In this document: positions 25,515 to 34,730 of the stretch, piece after piece
How positions within the stretch are numbered: the first letter of the stretch is position 1
How the letters are laid out: every line of letters starts with the position of its first letter
Assembly: GCA_021162265.1 (NCBI GenBank)
Contig: JAGGZA010000035.1
Location: 1-34,730 of the forward strand
DNA: 34,730 bases
Source of the DNA: Candidatus Aerophobota bacterium
GTDB taxonomy: Bacteria > Aerophobota > Aerophobia > Aerophobales > B3-G15
Reading direction: 5' to 3'
The notes under the pieces: generated by a model
Databases searched by the model: none
Seen by the model: only the letters and a program-made list of their open reading frames with translations
What the model was told of the DNA's origin: nothing
Made by a program: the position numbers and the translations under genes

Positions 25515-26813
25515 ATGTCTGTTGAAAGTTCACGATTTGATAGTATTACAAGAGAAGAACTTGAGCAGCTTCAACTTGAGAGACTCCAGGCTACGGTTAA
25601 TCGTGCTTACCGTAGCGTTACTTTCTATCGGGAAGCTTTTGACAAAGCGGGAATAATCCCTGAGGATATTGATTCTCTTTCTAAACTATCTACGCTGCCT
25701 TTTACCAGTAGAGAAACCATTATAGAAAATTATCCCTATGGTATGTTTGCCGTTCCTTTGAGAGAGGTGGTAAGGCTTCACTGTACCACCGGTCCACAGG
25801 GAGAACCTATCGTAATAGGATACACAAGAAATGACATTGACCACTGGACTCAGATAAGTGCCCGGGTACTCCAGGCTGCAGGAGTAGAGAAAGATGATGT
25901 TGTTCAGATATGCCTTGATTATGGTCTTTTTGGAGAGGGTCTTGGGTTTCATTATGGAGCAGAACTAATTGGAGCCTCAGTTATTCCCGGGTCAGATACC
26001 GATCCTAAAAGGCAACTTTTAATTATGCGTGACTACAGAAGCACTATTCTTCTATCCACTCCCAGTTTTGCCTTAAAACTAATTGCAGCAGTAAAAGAGA
26101 GCGGAATAAGTCTTGCCAGTCTTCAGCTTAGAGGAGGTATTTTTACAGGAGAACCATTTTCAGAAACTACAAGGTTAAAGATAGAGGAGGAACTTAAAAT
26201 CAAGGTGATTAATAGTTATAGTCCTCCAGAAATTCCTGGACCAAAGATTGCTACTGAGTGTGAGAGAAAAAATGGTCTTCACATATTTGAGGATCAGTTC
26301 ATTCCGGAAATAATCGACCCTCAAACAGGTAAAGTTTTACCTCCTGGCAAAGAGGGAGAGCTGGTAATAACAACAATTGCCAAAGAGGCTTTTCCTCTTA
26401 TTAGGTACCGTACAGGAGACCTTACTGCCCTTGATTTTTCTACCTGCAGCTGTGGGAGAAATCTGGTAAGAATGCGCAATGTAGCTGAACGAACTGATAA
26501 CATGATTATAGTAAATGGTGTTGGATTTTTTCCCACGCAGATTGGAAATATCCTTGCTAAAATAGAAGGAGCCGAGCCCCGTTTTCAGCTTATAATTGAC
26601 AGAGAGGGAACACAGGATGTTATGGATATTATGGTAGAGGTCTCTGAGAGTATCTTCTTTGATGAGATGAGGAGATTTCATGAGTTAAAAAAGAGAATAG
26701 AAGAGCAGATTTATCAAATTCTGGGAATAAATGTGAGAGTTAAATTGGTGGAAAAAAGATCATTATTCCAGGAAAAATCTGGTAAAATAGTGGTGGATAA
26801 AAGACTCAAATGA
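25515..26813 (+). CDS. Phenylacetate-CoA ligase (PaaK)/coenzyme F390 synthetase-family adenylate-forming enzyme with a divergent P-loop
   Basis: ELEQLQLERLQATVNRAY, LPFTSRETI, IGYTRNDIDHW, YRTGD and the C-terminal KSGKIVVDKR are colinear with PaaK. The ATG at 25515 is preferred to the ORF-track start at 25485. Confidence 0.85.
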   Translation: MSVESSRFDSITREELEQLQLERLQATVNRAYRSVTFYREAFDKAGIIPEDIDSLSKLSTLPFTSRETIIENYPYGMFAVPLREVVRLHCTTGPQGEPIVIGYTRNDIDHWTQISARVLQAAGVEKDDVVQICLDYGLFGEGLGFHYGAELIGASVIPGSDTDPKRQLLIMRDYRSTILLSTPSFALKLIAAVKESGISLASLQLRGGIFTGEPFSETTRLKIEEELKIKVINSYSPPEIPGPKIATECERKNGLHIFEDQFIPEIIDPQTGKVLPPGKEGELVITTIAKEAFPLIRYRTGDLTALDFSTCSCGRNLVRMRNVAERTDNMIIVNGVGFFPTQIGNILAKIEGAEPRFQLIIDREGTQDVMDIMVEVSESIFFDEMRRFHELKKRIEEQIYQILGINVRVKLVEKRSLFQEKSGKIVVDKRLK

Positions 26814-27475
26814 CAACAAAAAAGGTTATATCTTTTGATCTGGATGGAACTATAGTTAAACCTGATTACAACGAGTTTATCTGGTTTAAAGAGATACCTC
26901 AACTTTATTCTGAGAAATACAATGTGGATTTTGCTGAAGCGAGAGAAATTGTGGCGAGAGAATATGAAAAGGTTGGTGAGAATGATGTTAGATGGTATAC
27001 CTTAAAGTACTGGCTTGATTATTTTGGCTTTAAAGTTGAGGAAGGAGAAGTTCTGGAAAAATATGCGGATAAAATTGAAGTTTACAGTGAAGCTATTTTA
27101 GTTTTAAAGAATCTTCATAAAAGGTGTTCTCTTGTTTTAGCATCAGCAATGCCCAGAAATTTTATCAATGTTAAACTAAGGAAAGAAAATCTGTTTCAGT
27201 ATTTTGATGAAATATTTTCAGCTATATCTGATTTTAATATGATTAAGAAAAAAGCAGAATTTTACAAAAGTGCGTGCAGAAGATTAGGAATTTCTCCTCG
27301 AAATCTTGTTCATATAGGTGATAACTATGAAGCAGATTATCTTGCTCCGCGCAAAGCAGGTGCAGTAGCGTTTTACTTAAATCGGAATGGGTTGCACTCT
27401 TTAACGGATTCCTTTGTTGTCTGTGACCTCCTGGAATTTATGTATAAGTTGGAGATTTCTCATTTGACATCTTGA
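26810..27475 (+). CDS. HAD-superfamily hydrolase
   Basis: ISFDLDGTI (DxDGT motif I) and a distal IGDNYEADY (motif IV-like). ATGA overlap with the PaaK-like gene. Confidence 0.8.
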   Translation: MTTKKVISFDLDGTIVKPDYNEFIWFKEIPQLYSEKYNVDFAEAREIVAREYEKVGENDVRWYTLKYWLDYFGFKVEEGEVLEKYADKIEVYSEAILVLKNLHKRCSLVLASAMPRNFINVKLRKENLFQYFDEIFSAISDFNMIKKKAEFYKSACRRLGISPRNLVHIGDNYEADYLAPRKAGAVAFYLNRNGLHSLTDSFVVCDLLEFMYKLEISHLTS

Positions 27476-27491
27476 GAGCTTTTTATAGAAT
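27464..27491 (+). promoter_or_regulatory. Sigma70-type promoter of the lysS-ilv-ndk-dprA gene string
   Basis: TTGACA (27464-27469), a 16-nt spacer, then TAGAAT (27486-27491). It overlaps the 3' end of the HAD gene. Confidence 0.4.
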
Positions 27492-27527
27492 AAGGGGCAA
27501 GCATTTCTTTGCGGAAGGGAGAACTTA

Positions 27528-29000
27528 ATGCCTTCGCCGGAAGACATAATTATTCAGGAAAGAAAAGAGAAACTGTTAAATTGGATTAAATTAAAGGGTA
27601 ATCCTTATTTCCAGAGTTTCTCACCTGATATTAAAGTTGAGGGTATACGGGAGAAGTTTTCTTACCTGGAGAAAGGTGAGAAATCAGGCATCGTGGTGAG
27701 TTTGGCAGGGAGAGTTATTGCTCAAAGAGTTCACGGTAAAGCCGCCTTTATGGATTTAAGAGATGGAACGGGCAAAATTCAGCTTTACGGCAGGCTAAAC
27801 AGCTTGGGAGATAAATATCAGTTGTTTTCGAGGGTGGATGTAGGAGATATTATAGGAGTGAGAGGAGAGGTTTTCAAGACCCATACAGGAGAGTTGACAG
27901 TTGAGGTGGAAGATTTTACTCTTCTGGCAAAATCCTTGCGCCCTTTACCGGAGAAATGGCATGGTCTTCAAGATGTGGAGCTGCGTTATCGTAAGCGATG
28001 GCTGGACCTTATTGTAAATCCTAAAACAAGAGAAATTTTACTTACAAGAGACAGGGTGGTTAAGACTATAAGAGATTTTTTAGATAAGAAAGGATTTGTT
28101 GAAGTTGAAACTCCAATAATGCAGCCTGTACCTGGTGGTGCTACCGCTCGTCCTTTTTCAACTTATCACAATGCCCTGGGGAGGAATTTTTATCTGAGGA
28201 TTGCTCCTGAGCTTTATCTCAAAAAACTTGTGGTGGGTGGTGTGGAGAAGGTTTACGAGTTAAGTAGAAACTTTAGAAATGAAGGAATTGACAGGTTTCA
28301 TAATCCAGAATTTACCATGCTTGAGGTTTACCAGGCTTATGCAAATTACATTGATGTAATGCAATTTACCGAGGAAATTCTGCAGAAGGTGACAGAAGCC
28401 GTTAAGGGGAATCTGAAGATAACATACAACGGAAAGGAAATAAACCTCTCTCCTCCCTGGAAGAAAATTACCTTTAAAGACGCTTTGCGAGAAATAGGAG
28501 AAATTGAAGTTAACTGGGAAGATGAAAATGAGTTGAGAAAGATTGCGGGAAAGTACGGGATTAATGCAGAGGAACTAACAAAACCTCAAATTCTCGAGCA
28601 CCTTCTTGATAAAAGAGTAGTTCCCCACCTTATTCAGCCGACTGTAGTGTACGATTATCCTTATGAGACAGCTCCTCTTGCGAAAAGAAAAAAGGAAGAC
28701 CCCTCTCTTGTGGAGAGATTTGAGCTTTTCGTTGGAGGATGGGAACTGGCTAATGCTTACTCTGAGTTAAACGACCCGCTTGAACAGAAGGAGAGATTTA
28801 AAGAATTTGCCGAGGAGAAATTTATAGATTGGGATTTTCTGGAATCTCTTGAATATGGAATGCCTCCTACAGGAGGACTGGGAATAGGGATAGACAGATT
28901 GATTATGTTACTCACAGATTCCTCTTCCATAAGGGAGGTTATTTTATTTCCTCAGTTAAAGCCAAGAAATCAAGTACATAACAACCAGGAGGAGTGGTAA
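27528..29000 (+). CDS. lysS: Lysine--tRNA ligase (class II)
   Basis: OB-fold N-domain (VSLAGRVIAQRVHGKAAFMDLRDGTGKIQLY). Class II motifs YLRIAPELYLKKL, ELSRNFRNEG and GMPPTGGLGIGIDRLIMLL. Confidence 0.96.
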   Translation: MPSPEDIIIQERKEKLLNWIKLKGNPYFQSFSPDIKVEGIREKFSYLEKGEKSGIVVSLAGRVIAQRVHGKAAFMDLRDGTGKIQLYGRLNSLGDKYQLFSRVDVGDIIGVRGEVFKTHTGELTVEVEDFTLLAKSLRPLPEKWHGLQDVELRYRKRWLDLIVNPKTREILLTRDRVVKTIRDFLDKKGFVEVETPIMQPVPGGATARPFSTYHNALGRNFYLRIAPELYLKKLVVGGVEKVYELSRNFRNEGIDRFHNPEFTMLEVYQAYANYIDVMQFTEEILQKVTEAVKGNLKITYNGKEINLSPPWKKITFKDALREIGEIEVNWEDENELRKIAGKYGINAEELTKPQILEHLLDKRVVPHLIQPTVVYDYPYETAPLAKRKKEDPSLVERFELFVGGWELANAYSELNDPLEQKERFKEFAEEKFIDWDFLESLEYGMPPTGGLGIGIDRLIMLLTDSSSIREVILFPQLKPRNQVHNNQEEW

Positions 29001-29875
29001 TGGGTCAGTGGGTTTATCTTAATGGAGAGTATGTTCCCCAGGAGGCAGCAAAAATTTCTGTGTTTGACCATGGTTTCCTTTATGGAGATGGAGTTTTTGA
29101 GGGAATAAGGGCTTACAAGGGTAGGGTGTTTAAACTGGATGAACACATAGAGCGTTTTTTCAATTCAGCCAAAGCTATCTCACTGGAAATACCTGCTTCT
29201 CCTGAAGAGTTAAAGGAGAAGATTCTTGAAGTATTAAGAAAAAATGAGCTTCAGGATGCTTACATCAGGTTGATAGCCTCAAGAGGGAAAGGTGATCTGG
29301 GATTAGACCCGGCAAAATGCCCCTATCCCCAGCTTATAATAATAACCGATAAGATCAGCATATATCCAGAAAAACTCTACGAAGAAGGACTGGAACTTAT
29401 AACCTCTTCGGTAAGAAGAAATAGTTTCTCTGCACTTGATCCTCGTATAAAATCTCTTAATTATCTGAATAATATCCTTGCTAAGTTAGAAGCGACAGCA
29501 AAGGGTGTTCCAGAGGCAATTATGTTAAATGAAGATGGTTATGTTGCCGAATGCACAGGTGATAATTTATTCATTGTTAAAAAAGGGGTTTTAATTACCC
29601 CTCCTGTATGGGCAGGTATTCTTAAAGGAATAACAAGAGATGTAGTTATTGATCTTGCCAGGAAGGAGAAAATATCTTGCGAGGAAAGAGTTTTCACTCT
29701 TTTTTCTGTTTACACAAGCGATGAGTGTTTTTTAACAGGCACTGCTGCCGAGGTTATACCGGTTACAAAAGTTGATGGGAGAGTTATTGGAACTGGTAAA
29801 GCTGGCTCTATAACAAAACTTTTAATCAAAAAGTTCAGGGAACTTACTCAAAAGGAAGGCACACCAATATATTAA
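29000..29875 (+). CDS. ilvE: Branched-chain-amino-acid aminotransferase (fold type IV)
   Basis: [46 protein letters not shown] and [13 protein letters not shown] in a TAATG overlap with the lysS stop, 7 nt after AGGAGG. The GTG at 28994 is the alternative start. Confidence 0.88.
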   Translation: MGQWVYLNGEYVPQEAAKISVFDHGFLYGDGVFEGIRAYKGRVFKLDEHIERFFNSAKAISLEIPASPEELKEKILEVLRKNELQDAYIRLIASRGKGDLGLDPAKCPYPQLIIITDKISIYPEKLYEEGLELITSSVRRNSFSALDPRIKSLNYLNNILAKLEATAKGVPEAIMLNEDGYVAECTGDNLFIVKKGVLITPPVWAGILKGITRDVVIDLARKEKISCEERVFTLFSVYTSDECFLTGTAAEVIPVTKVDGRVIGTGKAGSITKLLIKKFRELTQKEGTPIY

Positions 29876-29897
29876 GAAAAAAATAAGGAGGAAAAAG

Positions 29898-30896
29898 TTG
29901 GCTAAAATATATTACGATAATGATGCGAATATTGAGTTTATCAAAGAAAAAGTTGTGGGAATAATTGGTTATGGTAATCAGGGTCACGCTCAGGCTCTTA
30001 ATTTAAGAGATAGTGGGGCAAAAGTCCTTATAGGAGAACTTGAGGGAAGCTTGGGCTGGGAAAAAGCCAAAGAAGCAGGATTTGAAGTTATGACAGCAGC
30101 TGAGGCAGCTAAGAAAGCTGAAGTTATTCAGATCCTTATTCCCGATGAATATCAATCCGAGCTTTACAAAAAGGATATAGCACCTTACCTTGAAGAAGGA
30201 AATGCTCTTGGTTTTTCTCATGGGTTTAATATTACCTTTTATCAGATTATTCCTCCAGAAAACGTGGACGTCTTTATGGTAGCTCCTAAGAGTCCTGGGG
30301 CTCTTTTACGTCGGCTGTACGAGGAAGGAAGAGGTGTTCCTTCTCTAATAGCAGTTCATCAGGATGCTACAGGTAAGGCAAAAGAACTTGCCTTATCCTA
30401 TGCTAAGGCTATAGGTTCTACAAGGGCAGGTGTTATAGAGACAACCTTTGCTGAAGAAACAGAGACCGACCTTTTCGGAGAACAGGTGGTACTGTGCGGA
30501 GGAGTTACTGCTCTTATTAAAAATGCATTTGAAGTTCTTGTAGAGGCAGGATATCAACCAGAGATGGCTTATTTTGAATGTTTGAATGAGTTAAAACTTA
30601 TAGTTGATTTAATTTATGAGTCAGGGATTAGTGGGATGAGGAAAGCTATAAGTAATACTGCTGAATATGGAGATCTTACCCGTGGTCCAAGGATAATAAA
30701 TTCTCAAGTTAGAGAAGAAATGAAGAAAATCTTAGAGGAAATAAGGTCAGGACAATTTGCCAGAGAGTGGATTCTGGAAAATGTTGTTAATCGTCCTGTT
30801 TTTAGCGCATTAAGAGAAAGAGAGAAAGAACATTTAATTGAGAAAGTGGGTGCCAGGTTAAGAGAAATGATGCCCTGGATTAAAAAGGGAGATTAA
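29898..30896 (+). CDS. ilvC: Ketol-acid reductoisomerase (class I)
   Basis: AKIYYDNDA...[27 protein letters not shown] and [14 protein letters not shown] start after AGGAGG. Confidence 0.96.
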   Translation: MAKIYYDNDANIEFIKEKVVGIIGYGNQGHAQALNLRDSGAKVLIGELEGSLGWEKAKEAGFEVMTAAEAAKKAEVIQILIPDEYQSELYKKDIAPYLEEGNALGFSHGFNITFYQIIPPENVDVFMVAPKSPGALLRRLYEEGRGVPSLIAVHQDATGKAKELALSYAKAIGSTRAGVIETTFAEETETDLFGEQVVLCGGVTALIKNAFEVLVEAGYQPEMAYFECLNELKLIVDLIYESGISGMRKAISNTAEYGDLTRGPRIINSQVREEMKKILEEIRSGQFAREWILENVVNRPVFSALREREKEHLIEKVGARLREMMPWIKKGD

Positions 30897-31378
30897 TGAA
30901 ACACATTATCTCAGTAGAGGTGGAAAATAGATTTGGTATTTTGGCAAGAATAGCCTCTTTATTTAGTGCTCGTGGATTTAACATCGATAGCTTGGCTGTA
31001 GGTGAGACCGAAGATCCTACTGTTTCCCGGATAACCATAGTTGTGCCAGGTGATAATCAGGTTATTGAACAGGTTATCAAGCAGCTTCGAAAACTTATAG
31101 ATGTAATAAAAGTAGTGGACCTTACAAGTAAGCCCACTGTTACAAGAGAGCTTATTCTGGCAAGAGTTAATGCCAGGGGGAAGGATAGAGATGAGATAAT
31201 GAGGCTGGTGGAGATCTTTAGAGCCAGGATAGTTGATGTGCATCCGGAAAGTCTTACTCTTGAGGTAACAGGCGATGAGGAGAAAATAAATGGTATTCTG
31301 ACCTTGCTGAAACCTTTCGGGATAAAGAAGCTGGTAAGAACGGGAAAAGTTGCACTTCTAAGAGAAATAAAAAGTTAG
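30896..31378 (+). CDS. ilvN: Acetolactate synthase small (regulatory) subunit
   Basis: [38 protein letters not shown] is the ACT domain of IlvH/IlvN, followed by an ALS_ss_C-like C-terminal half. TAATG overlap with ilvC. Confidence 0.92.
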   Translation: MKHIISVEVENRFGILARIASLFSARGFNIDSLAVGETEDPTVSRITIVVPGDNQVIEQVIKQLRKLIDVIKVVDLTSKPTVTRELILARVNARGKDRDEIMRLVEIFRARIVDVHPESLTLEVTGDEEKINGILTLLKPFGIKKLVRTGKVALLREIKS

Positions 31379-31390
31379 AAGTGAGTTAAG

Positions 31391-31846
31391 ATGCAGGAGA
31401 GGACTCTTATACTGATAAAACCGGATGGAGTATGTAAATCTCTAATTGGAGAGGTAATAAAGAGAGTTGAGCAAAATGGCTTTAAAATTGTTGCTTTAAA
31501 AATGATTAGACCGGAGAAGAAAAAAATCGAGGAGTTTTATGAGCCTCATAAGGGTAAACCTTTCTTTCCCGGTCTTGTTGAGTTTATGCTCACAGCTCCC
31601 TGCGTTGTTATGGTAGCCGAGGGTAAAAATGTCATAAGGAGAGTGAGAGAACTTATAGGAGAAAGAGTTCCAGGGGAGGCAAGAAAGGGAAGTATTAGAG
31701 GCGACTTTGGTTCTGACGGCAGGAGAAATATAGTTCATGGTTCTGATTCTCTGGAGTCTGCGAAGCGAGAGATAAGCTGCTTTTTTTCCGAGGAGGAGAT
31801 ATTTTTTTATACCGGAAGAGATTGGTTAAATAGTGAACCGGGTTAA
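31391..31846 (+). CDS. ndk: Nucleoside-diphosphate kinase
   Basis: ERTLILIKPDGV, GPVVAMV-like CVVMVAEG, and NIVHGSDS with the catalytic His. Confidence 0.96.
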   Translation: MQERTLILIKPDGVCKSLIGEVIKRVEQNGFKIVALKMIRPEKKKIEEFYEPHKGKPFFPGLVEFMLTAPCVVMVAEGKNVIRRVRELIGERVPGEARKGSIRGDFGSDGRRNIVHGSDSLESAKREISCFFSEEEIFFYTGRDWLNSEPG

Positions 31847-31850
31847 ACTC

Positions 31851-33116
31851 ATGCTTCGGATACTTCCCTTTAAAGGGATAATCTATAATAAGGAAAAGGT
31901 AGGCGATGTAAGTAAAGTAGTAGCTCCTCCTTATGATGTAATCTCTCCCTCCGAGCAGGATTTTTATTATAAACTCCATCCTTACAATATTATAAGGATT
32001 ATCCTGGGGAAAGAGAAAAAAGGAGATAACTTAAGAGAAAATAAGTACACTCGTGCAGCCCAGTTTTTCCATAACTGGGTTTATCAAGGAGTATTAATAA
32101 AAGAAAAGCTGCCATCGATTTACCTTTACCACCAGAGATACCGGGTTGATGATAGAGTGGTTGAGAGGAAGGGGTTTATCTCGTTGATGAAACTGGAGGA
32201 TTTTCGTTCCGGGGTTGTTTTTCCTCATGAGCAGGTTTTTCCTGAACCTCAGGAAGATAGATTGAACCTTTTACGTACCTGCAGTGCTAATTTTTCTGCT
32301 GTATTCTCGTTATTCAGTGATCCGGAGAGGAAGATAGATTCTCTTTGCATGGAGGAGGAAACTATTTTTGAATTTGAGGACTCTGCTGGCGTAAAGCACA
32401 GATTATTTGCTATTCGTGATAAAAAGGTGATTGAGGAAATTTGTATTTGCATGCAGAAAAAAAAGGTATTTATTGCTGATGGTCATCATCGGTATCTTAC
32501 CGCTTTAAGATTCAGAGAAGAGGTTAAAAAAAGCTCTTATTCTCTACCTGGAGCTGATTATATAATGATGTACTTTCTCAATATGGACTCGGGAGGAGTT
32601 ACTATATTACCGGTTCACAGGTTAATAGGAGGATTAGACCTGGTTCAGACAGAGGAGTTTGTGAAGAAGATGGAGAAATTTTTTTACAAAAAACCTTTCA
32701 GGGAACATGAAGATGAAAAAATCACGGGTAAGAGATTATTATCACAGTTAGAAAGAGGTGAATGTTTGTTTGGAATATACACAAAAAACGGGGGTTATTA
32801 TCTTCTTTTTCCAAAAAAGCCTCAAATATTTTCCAAAAAAATTAAGTCAGCTATTTTAGATGATATCTTGAAAGGTTTGCTTAAAAAGGGAGAATTAAGA
32901 AAGGGGGAAGATATTTACTTTACCACAAGCAGTTTTGAAGCAGTAGATAAGGTTAAGAAGGGAGTATTCCAGGTAGCTTTTTTTCTTGCTCCAACGAAAA
33001 TTGAGGAGGTGAGAGATGTAGCTCTTTCGGGAGGGAAAATGCCCCCGAAGTCAACTTATTTTTATCCCAAGCTTTGGTCTGGTATTTTAATACGGGAATT
33101 GAAGGATGCGTTCTAA
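31851..33116 (+). CDS. DUF1015-family protein
   Basis: ILPFKGIIYN...VVAPPYDVIS is the hallmark DUF1015 N-terminus, and FIADGHHRY lies in the centre. The ATG at 31851 falls after the ndk stop; the GTG at 31833 is the ORF-track alternative. Confidence 0.85.
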   Translation: MLRILPFKGIIYNKEKVGDVSKVVAPPYDVISPSEQDFYYKLHPYNIIRIILGKEKKGDNLRENKYTRAAQFFHNWVYQGVLIKEKLPSIYLYHQRYRVDDRVVERKGFISLMKLEDFRSGVVFPHEQVFPEPQEDRLNLLRTCSANFSAVFSLFSDPERKIDSLCMEEETIFEFEDSAGVKHRLFAIRDKKVIEEICICMQKKKVFIADGHHRYLTALRFREEVKKSSYSLPGADYIMMYFLNMDSGGVTILPVHRLIGGLDLVQTEEFVKKMEKFFYKKPFREHEDEKITGKRLLSQLERGECLFGIYTKNGGYYLLFPKKPQIFSKKIKSAILDDILKGLLKKGELRKGEDIYFTTSSFEAVDKVKKGVFQVAFFLAPTKIEEVRDVALSGGKMPPKSTYFYPKLWSGILIRELKDAF

Positions 33117-34224
33117 CAGGAGGGTTGAGTATAAGAGTTTTCCCCGGGAGATAGAAAGCTGGATTTTACTGAGCAAGGTTTTGTCAGCAGGATTTTCAGG
33201 TGTTAACAAAATTTTAAAGGAACTTGGTTTGTCCAAAGAGACTTTTTCTGCCCCCCTTGAAAAACTGTCCCGAATTTCTAAAATAGACAGAGAAATTGTA
33301 GATTTTATAAGAAAAAAAATTCCTGAAATTAACCTGAAAGAGGATTTTAAGTTAATTCAGGAATTAAATATAAAGCTTATTACATTTGAGGATTCCTTTT
33401 ATCCACCTAATCTTAAGACTATTTTTGATCCACCTTTTTTAATTTATCTTAGAGGTGAGTTAAAAAGAGAAGATGAGAAGGCAGTAGCCCTTGTGGGAAC
33501 CAGAAGAGCAACAAATTATGGTAAAATTGTAGCAAAAAGGCTTGCAAGGGAGCTGGCAAGGGCAGGCTTAACGGTGGTAAGCGGTATGGCAAGAGGAATA
33601 GATACGTATGCTCATGAGGGGGCACTTGAAGAAGGGGGAAGGACTATAGCAGTGTTGGGATGTGGAGTTGATATTGTTTATCCACCGGAGAATAGATCTC
33701 TTATGGAGGAGATAATTAAACAAGGTGCGGTTATCTCGGAATTTTCCCTTGGAACAAGGCCATTTGCCAGAAACTTTCCCCGGCGTAATCGCATAATAAG
33801 TGGTTTAAGTATGGGAGTGGTGGTGGTGGAAGCTCCTTTAAAAAGTGGTGCTTTGATAACTGCAGACTTTGCTCTGGAGCAGGGCAGGGAGGTGTTTGCG
33901 GTACCAGGAGCTATCACCAGTCCTTATTCCAGGGGAAATAACAGGCTTATAAAAGAAGGAGCAAAGGTCGTGGAGGATGTTTCTGATATTCTGGAAGAGC
34001 TGGGGATTTCTTTAGTTAAAAAAGATGAAACCCTGATGGATTACCAGCTATCCTTTGAAGAGAAAGCTGTTTTTGATGGACTTACATCCAGTCCCATCCA
34101 CATAGATGATATAGTTGAAAAAAGTGGATTTTCAGCAGCAAAAGTTGCCGATATTTTAACGAGACTCCAGCTAAAGGGTATAGTAAAAGAACTTCCAGGA
34201 AAACTATTTTTTAAAGAGGTTTAA
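33106..34224 (+). CDS. dprA: DNA-processing protein DprA (Smf)
   Basis: VALVGTRRATNYG, VVSGMARGIDTYAHEGAL, AVLGCGVDIVYPPEN and FPRRNRIISGLS, plus a C-terminal wHTH. It overlaps DUF1015 by 11 nt. Confidence 0.93.
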   Translation: MRSNRRVEYKSFPREIESWILLSKVLSAGFSGVNKILKELGLSKETFSAPLEKLSRISKIDREIVDFIRKKIPEINLKEDFKLIQELNIKLITFEDSFYPPNLKTIFDPPFLIYLRGELKREDEKAVALVGTRRATNYGKIVAKRLARELARAGLTVVSGMARGIDTYAHEGALEEGGRTIAVLGCGVDIVYPPENRSLMEEIIKQGAVISEFSLGTRPFARNFPRRNRIISGLSMGVVVVEAPLKSGALITADFALEQGREVFAVPGAITSPYSRGNNRLIKEGAKVVEDVSDILEELGISLVKKDETLMDYQLSFEEKAVFDGLTSSPIHIDDIVEKSGFSAAKVADILTRLQLKGIVKELPGKLFFKEV

Positions 34225-34226
34225 AC

Positions 34227-34730
34227 TTGAAAGGGAAAAATCCAAAAAGTCTTGTTATTGTGGAATCTCCAGCAAAAGCCAAAACTATAAATAAGTTTCT
34301 TGGTCCAGATTATACAGTAGAGTCCTGTCTTGGTCATATTAAGGATTTACCCAGGAACAAGTTAGGTGTAGACATAAATAACGGTTTTAAACCAACGTAT
34401 GTCTTAATTCCCGGAAAGAAAAAAGTGGTTGAAAAACTGAAAAAACTAAGCAGCAAGATGGAAAAAGTTTTTCTGGCCACTGATATGGACAGGGAAGGAG
34501 AAGCTATCTCTTGGCATCTTTCTCAGGAATTAAATAATAAAAATCAGTTTCGTATTGTGTTTAATCAGATCACAAAAGAAGTTTTGCAGAAAGCTGTAGC
34601 AAACCCGGGAAAAATAGATATAAACAAGGTAGATGCTCAGCAGGGAAGACGTGTGCTTGATAGGCTGGTAGGATATAAATTATCGCCTCTTCTTTGGGAG
34701 AAGGTAAAAAGAGGTTTATCAGCAGGGAGA
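34227..34730 (+). CDS. topA: DNA topoisomerase I, 5' partial (runs off the window end)
   Basis: Absent from the ORF track because it has no stop. The TTG at 34227 opens a frame reading KGKNPKSLVIVESPAKAKTINKFLGPDYTVESCLGHIKDLP...LATDMDREGEAISWH (TOPRIM domain). dprA-topA is a widely conserved gene pair. Confidence 0.9.
   Translation, partial: MKGKNPKSLVIVESPAKAKTINKFLGPDYTVESCLGHIKDLPRNKLGVDINNGFKPTYVLIPGKKKVVEKLKKLSSKMEKVFLATDMDREGEAISWHLSQELNNKNQFRIVFNQITKEVLQKAVANPGKIDINKVDAQQGRRVLDRLVGYKLSPLLWEKVKRGLSAGR

Noticed and set aside
1-34730. Search for CRISPR repeats, IS elements, inverted terminal repeats, integrases, phage genes, toxin-antitoxin pairs, restriction-modification or other defence genes, and secondary-metabolite clusters
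   Set aside because: None was seen. Every ORF of at least 90 aa in a plausible frame is accounted for by housekeeping or ordinary metabolic families, intergenic space is minimal, and no direct repeats of 20 nt or more were noticed by eye. I cannot run an exhaustive repeat search.

Overview
This is an AT-rich, very gene-dense chromosomal segment with about 40 intact CDS, one tRNA and one gene truncated by the window end. Most intergenic gaps are under 60 nt and there are many 1-4 nt start/stop overlaps. The source is probably an anaerobic, likely thermophilic bacterium. That is inferred from K/E/I-rich proteins, a four-subunit 2-oxoacid:ferredoxin oxidoreductase, a flavodiiron protein and a rubredoxin-type protein; the taxon cannot be assigned by eye. 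Content in order: a gpgS-GT4-DUF763 operon (-), tRNA-Pro(UGG), acyl-CoA thioesterase, an orphan secreted beta-rich protein (-), M20 peptidase, dut, ftsK, pgsA, pgpA. Next come a GAF-GGDEF cyclase with a small wHTH-like gene (-), a divergent XRE regulator, porGDAB, and a flavodiiron protein/Nfu/35-aa rubredoxin-like/cupin operon. Then gatA, a divergent ThyA-family gene and an SDR epimerase (-), a liv-type ABC transporter with a PaaK-like ligase and a HAD hydrolase, and finally lysS, ilvE, ilvC, ilvN, ndk, DUF1015, dprA and the topA 5' end. Nearly every real intergenic region carries a near-consensus sigma70 promoter (TTGAC[AT], 16-17 nt spacer, TAnAAT), which allows a fairly confident operon map. 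It also shows that several ORF-track starts are really -35 boxes or N-terminal over-extensions. I found no CRISPR array, transposase, integrase, phage gene, toxin-antitoxin pair, recognisable defence gene or long repeat. I therefore judge this an ordinary core-genome window, not an accessory island, and I do not see a convincing novel system. The best leads are modest: (1) the 2-nt-spaced gpgS-GT4-DUF763 operon; (2) a 35-aa rubredoxin-like gene missing from the ORF track, inside the flavodiiron operon; (3) a divergent ThyA-family enzyme packed between gatA and an epimerase; (4) DUF1015 with a DGHHR motif next to dprA-topA; (5) a PaaK-like ligase with a degenerate P-loop in the liv operon.
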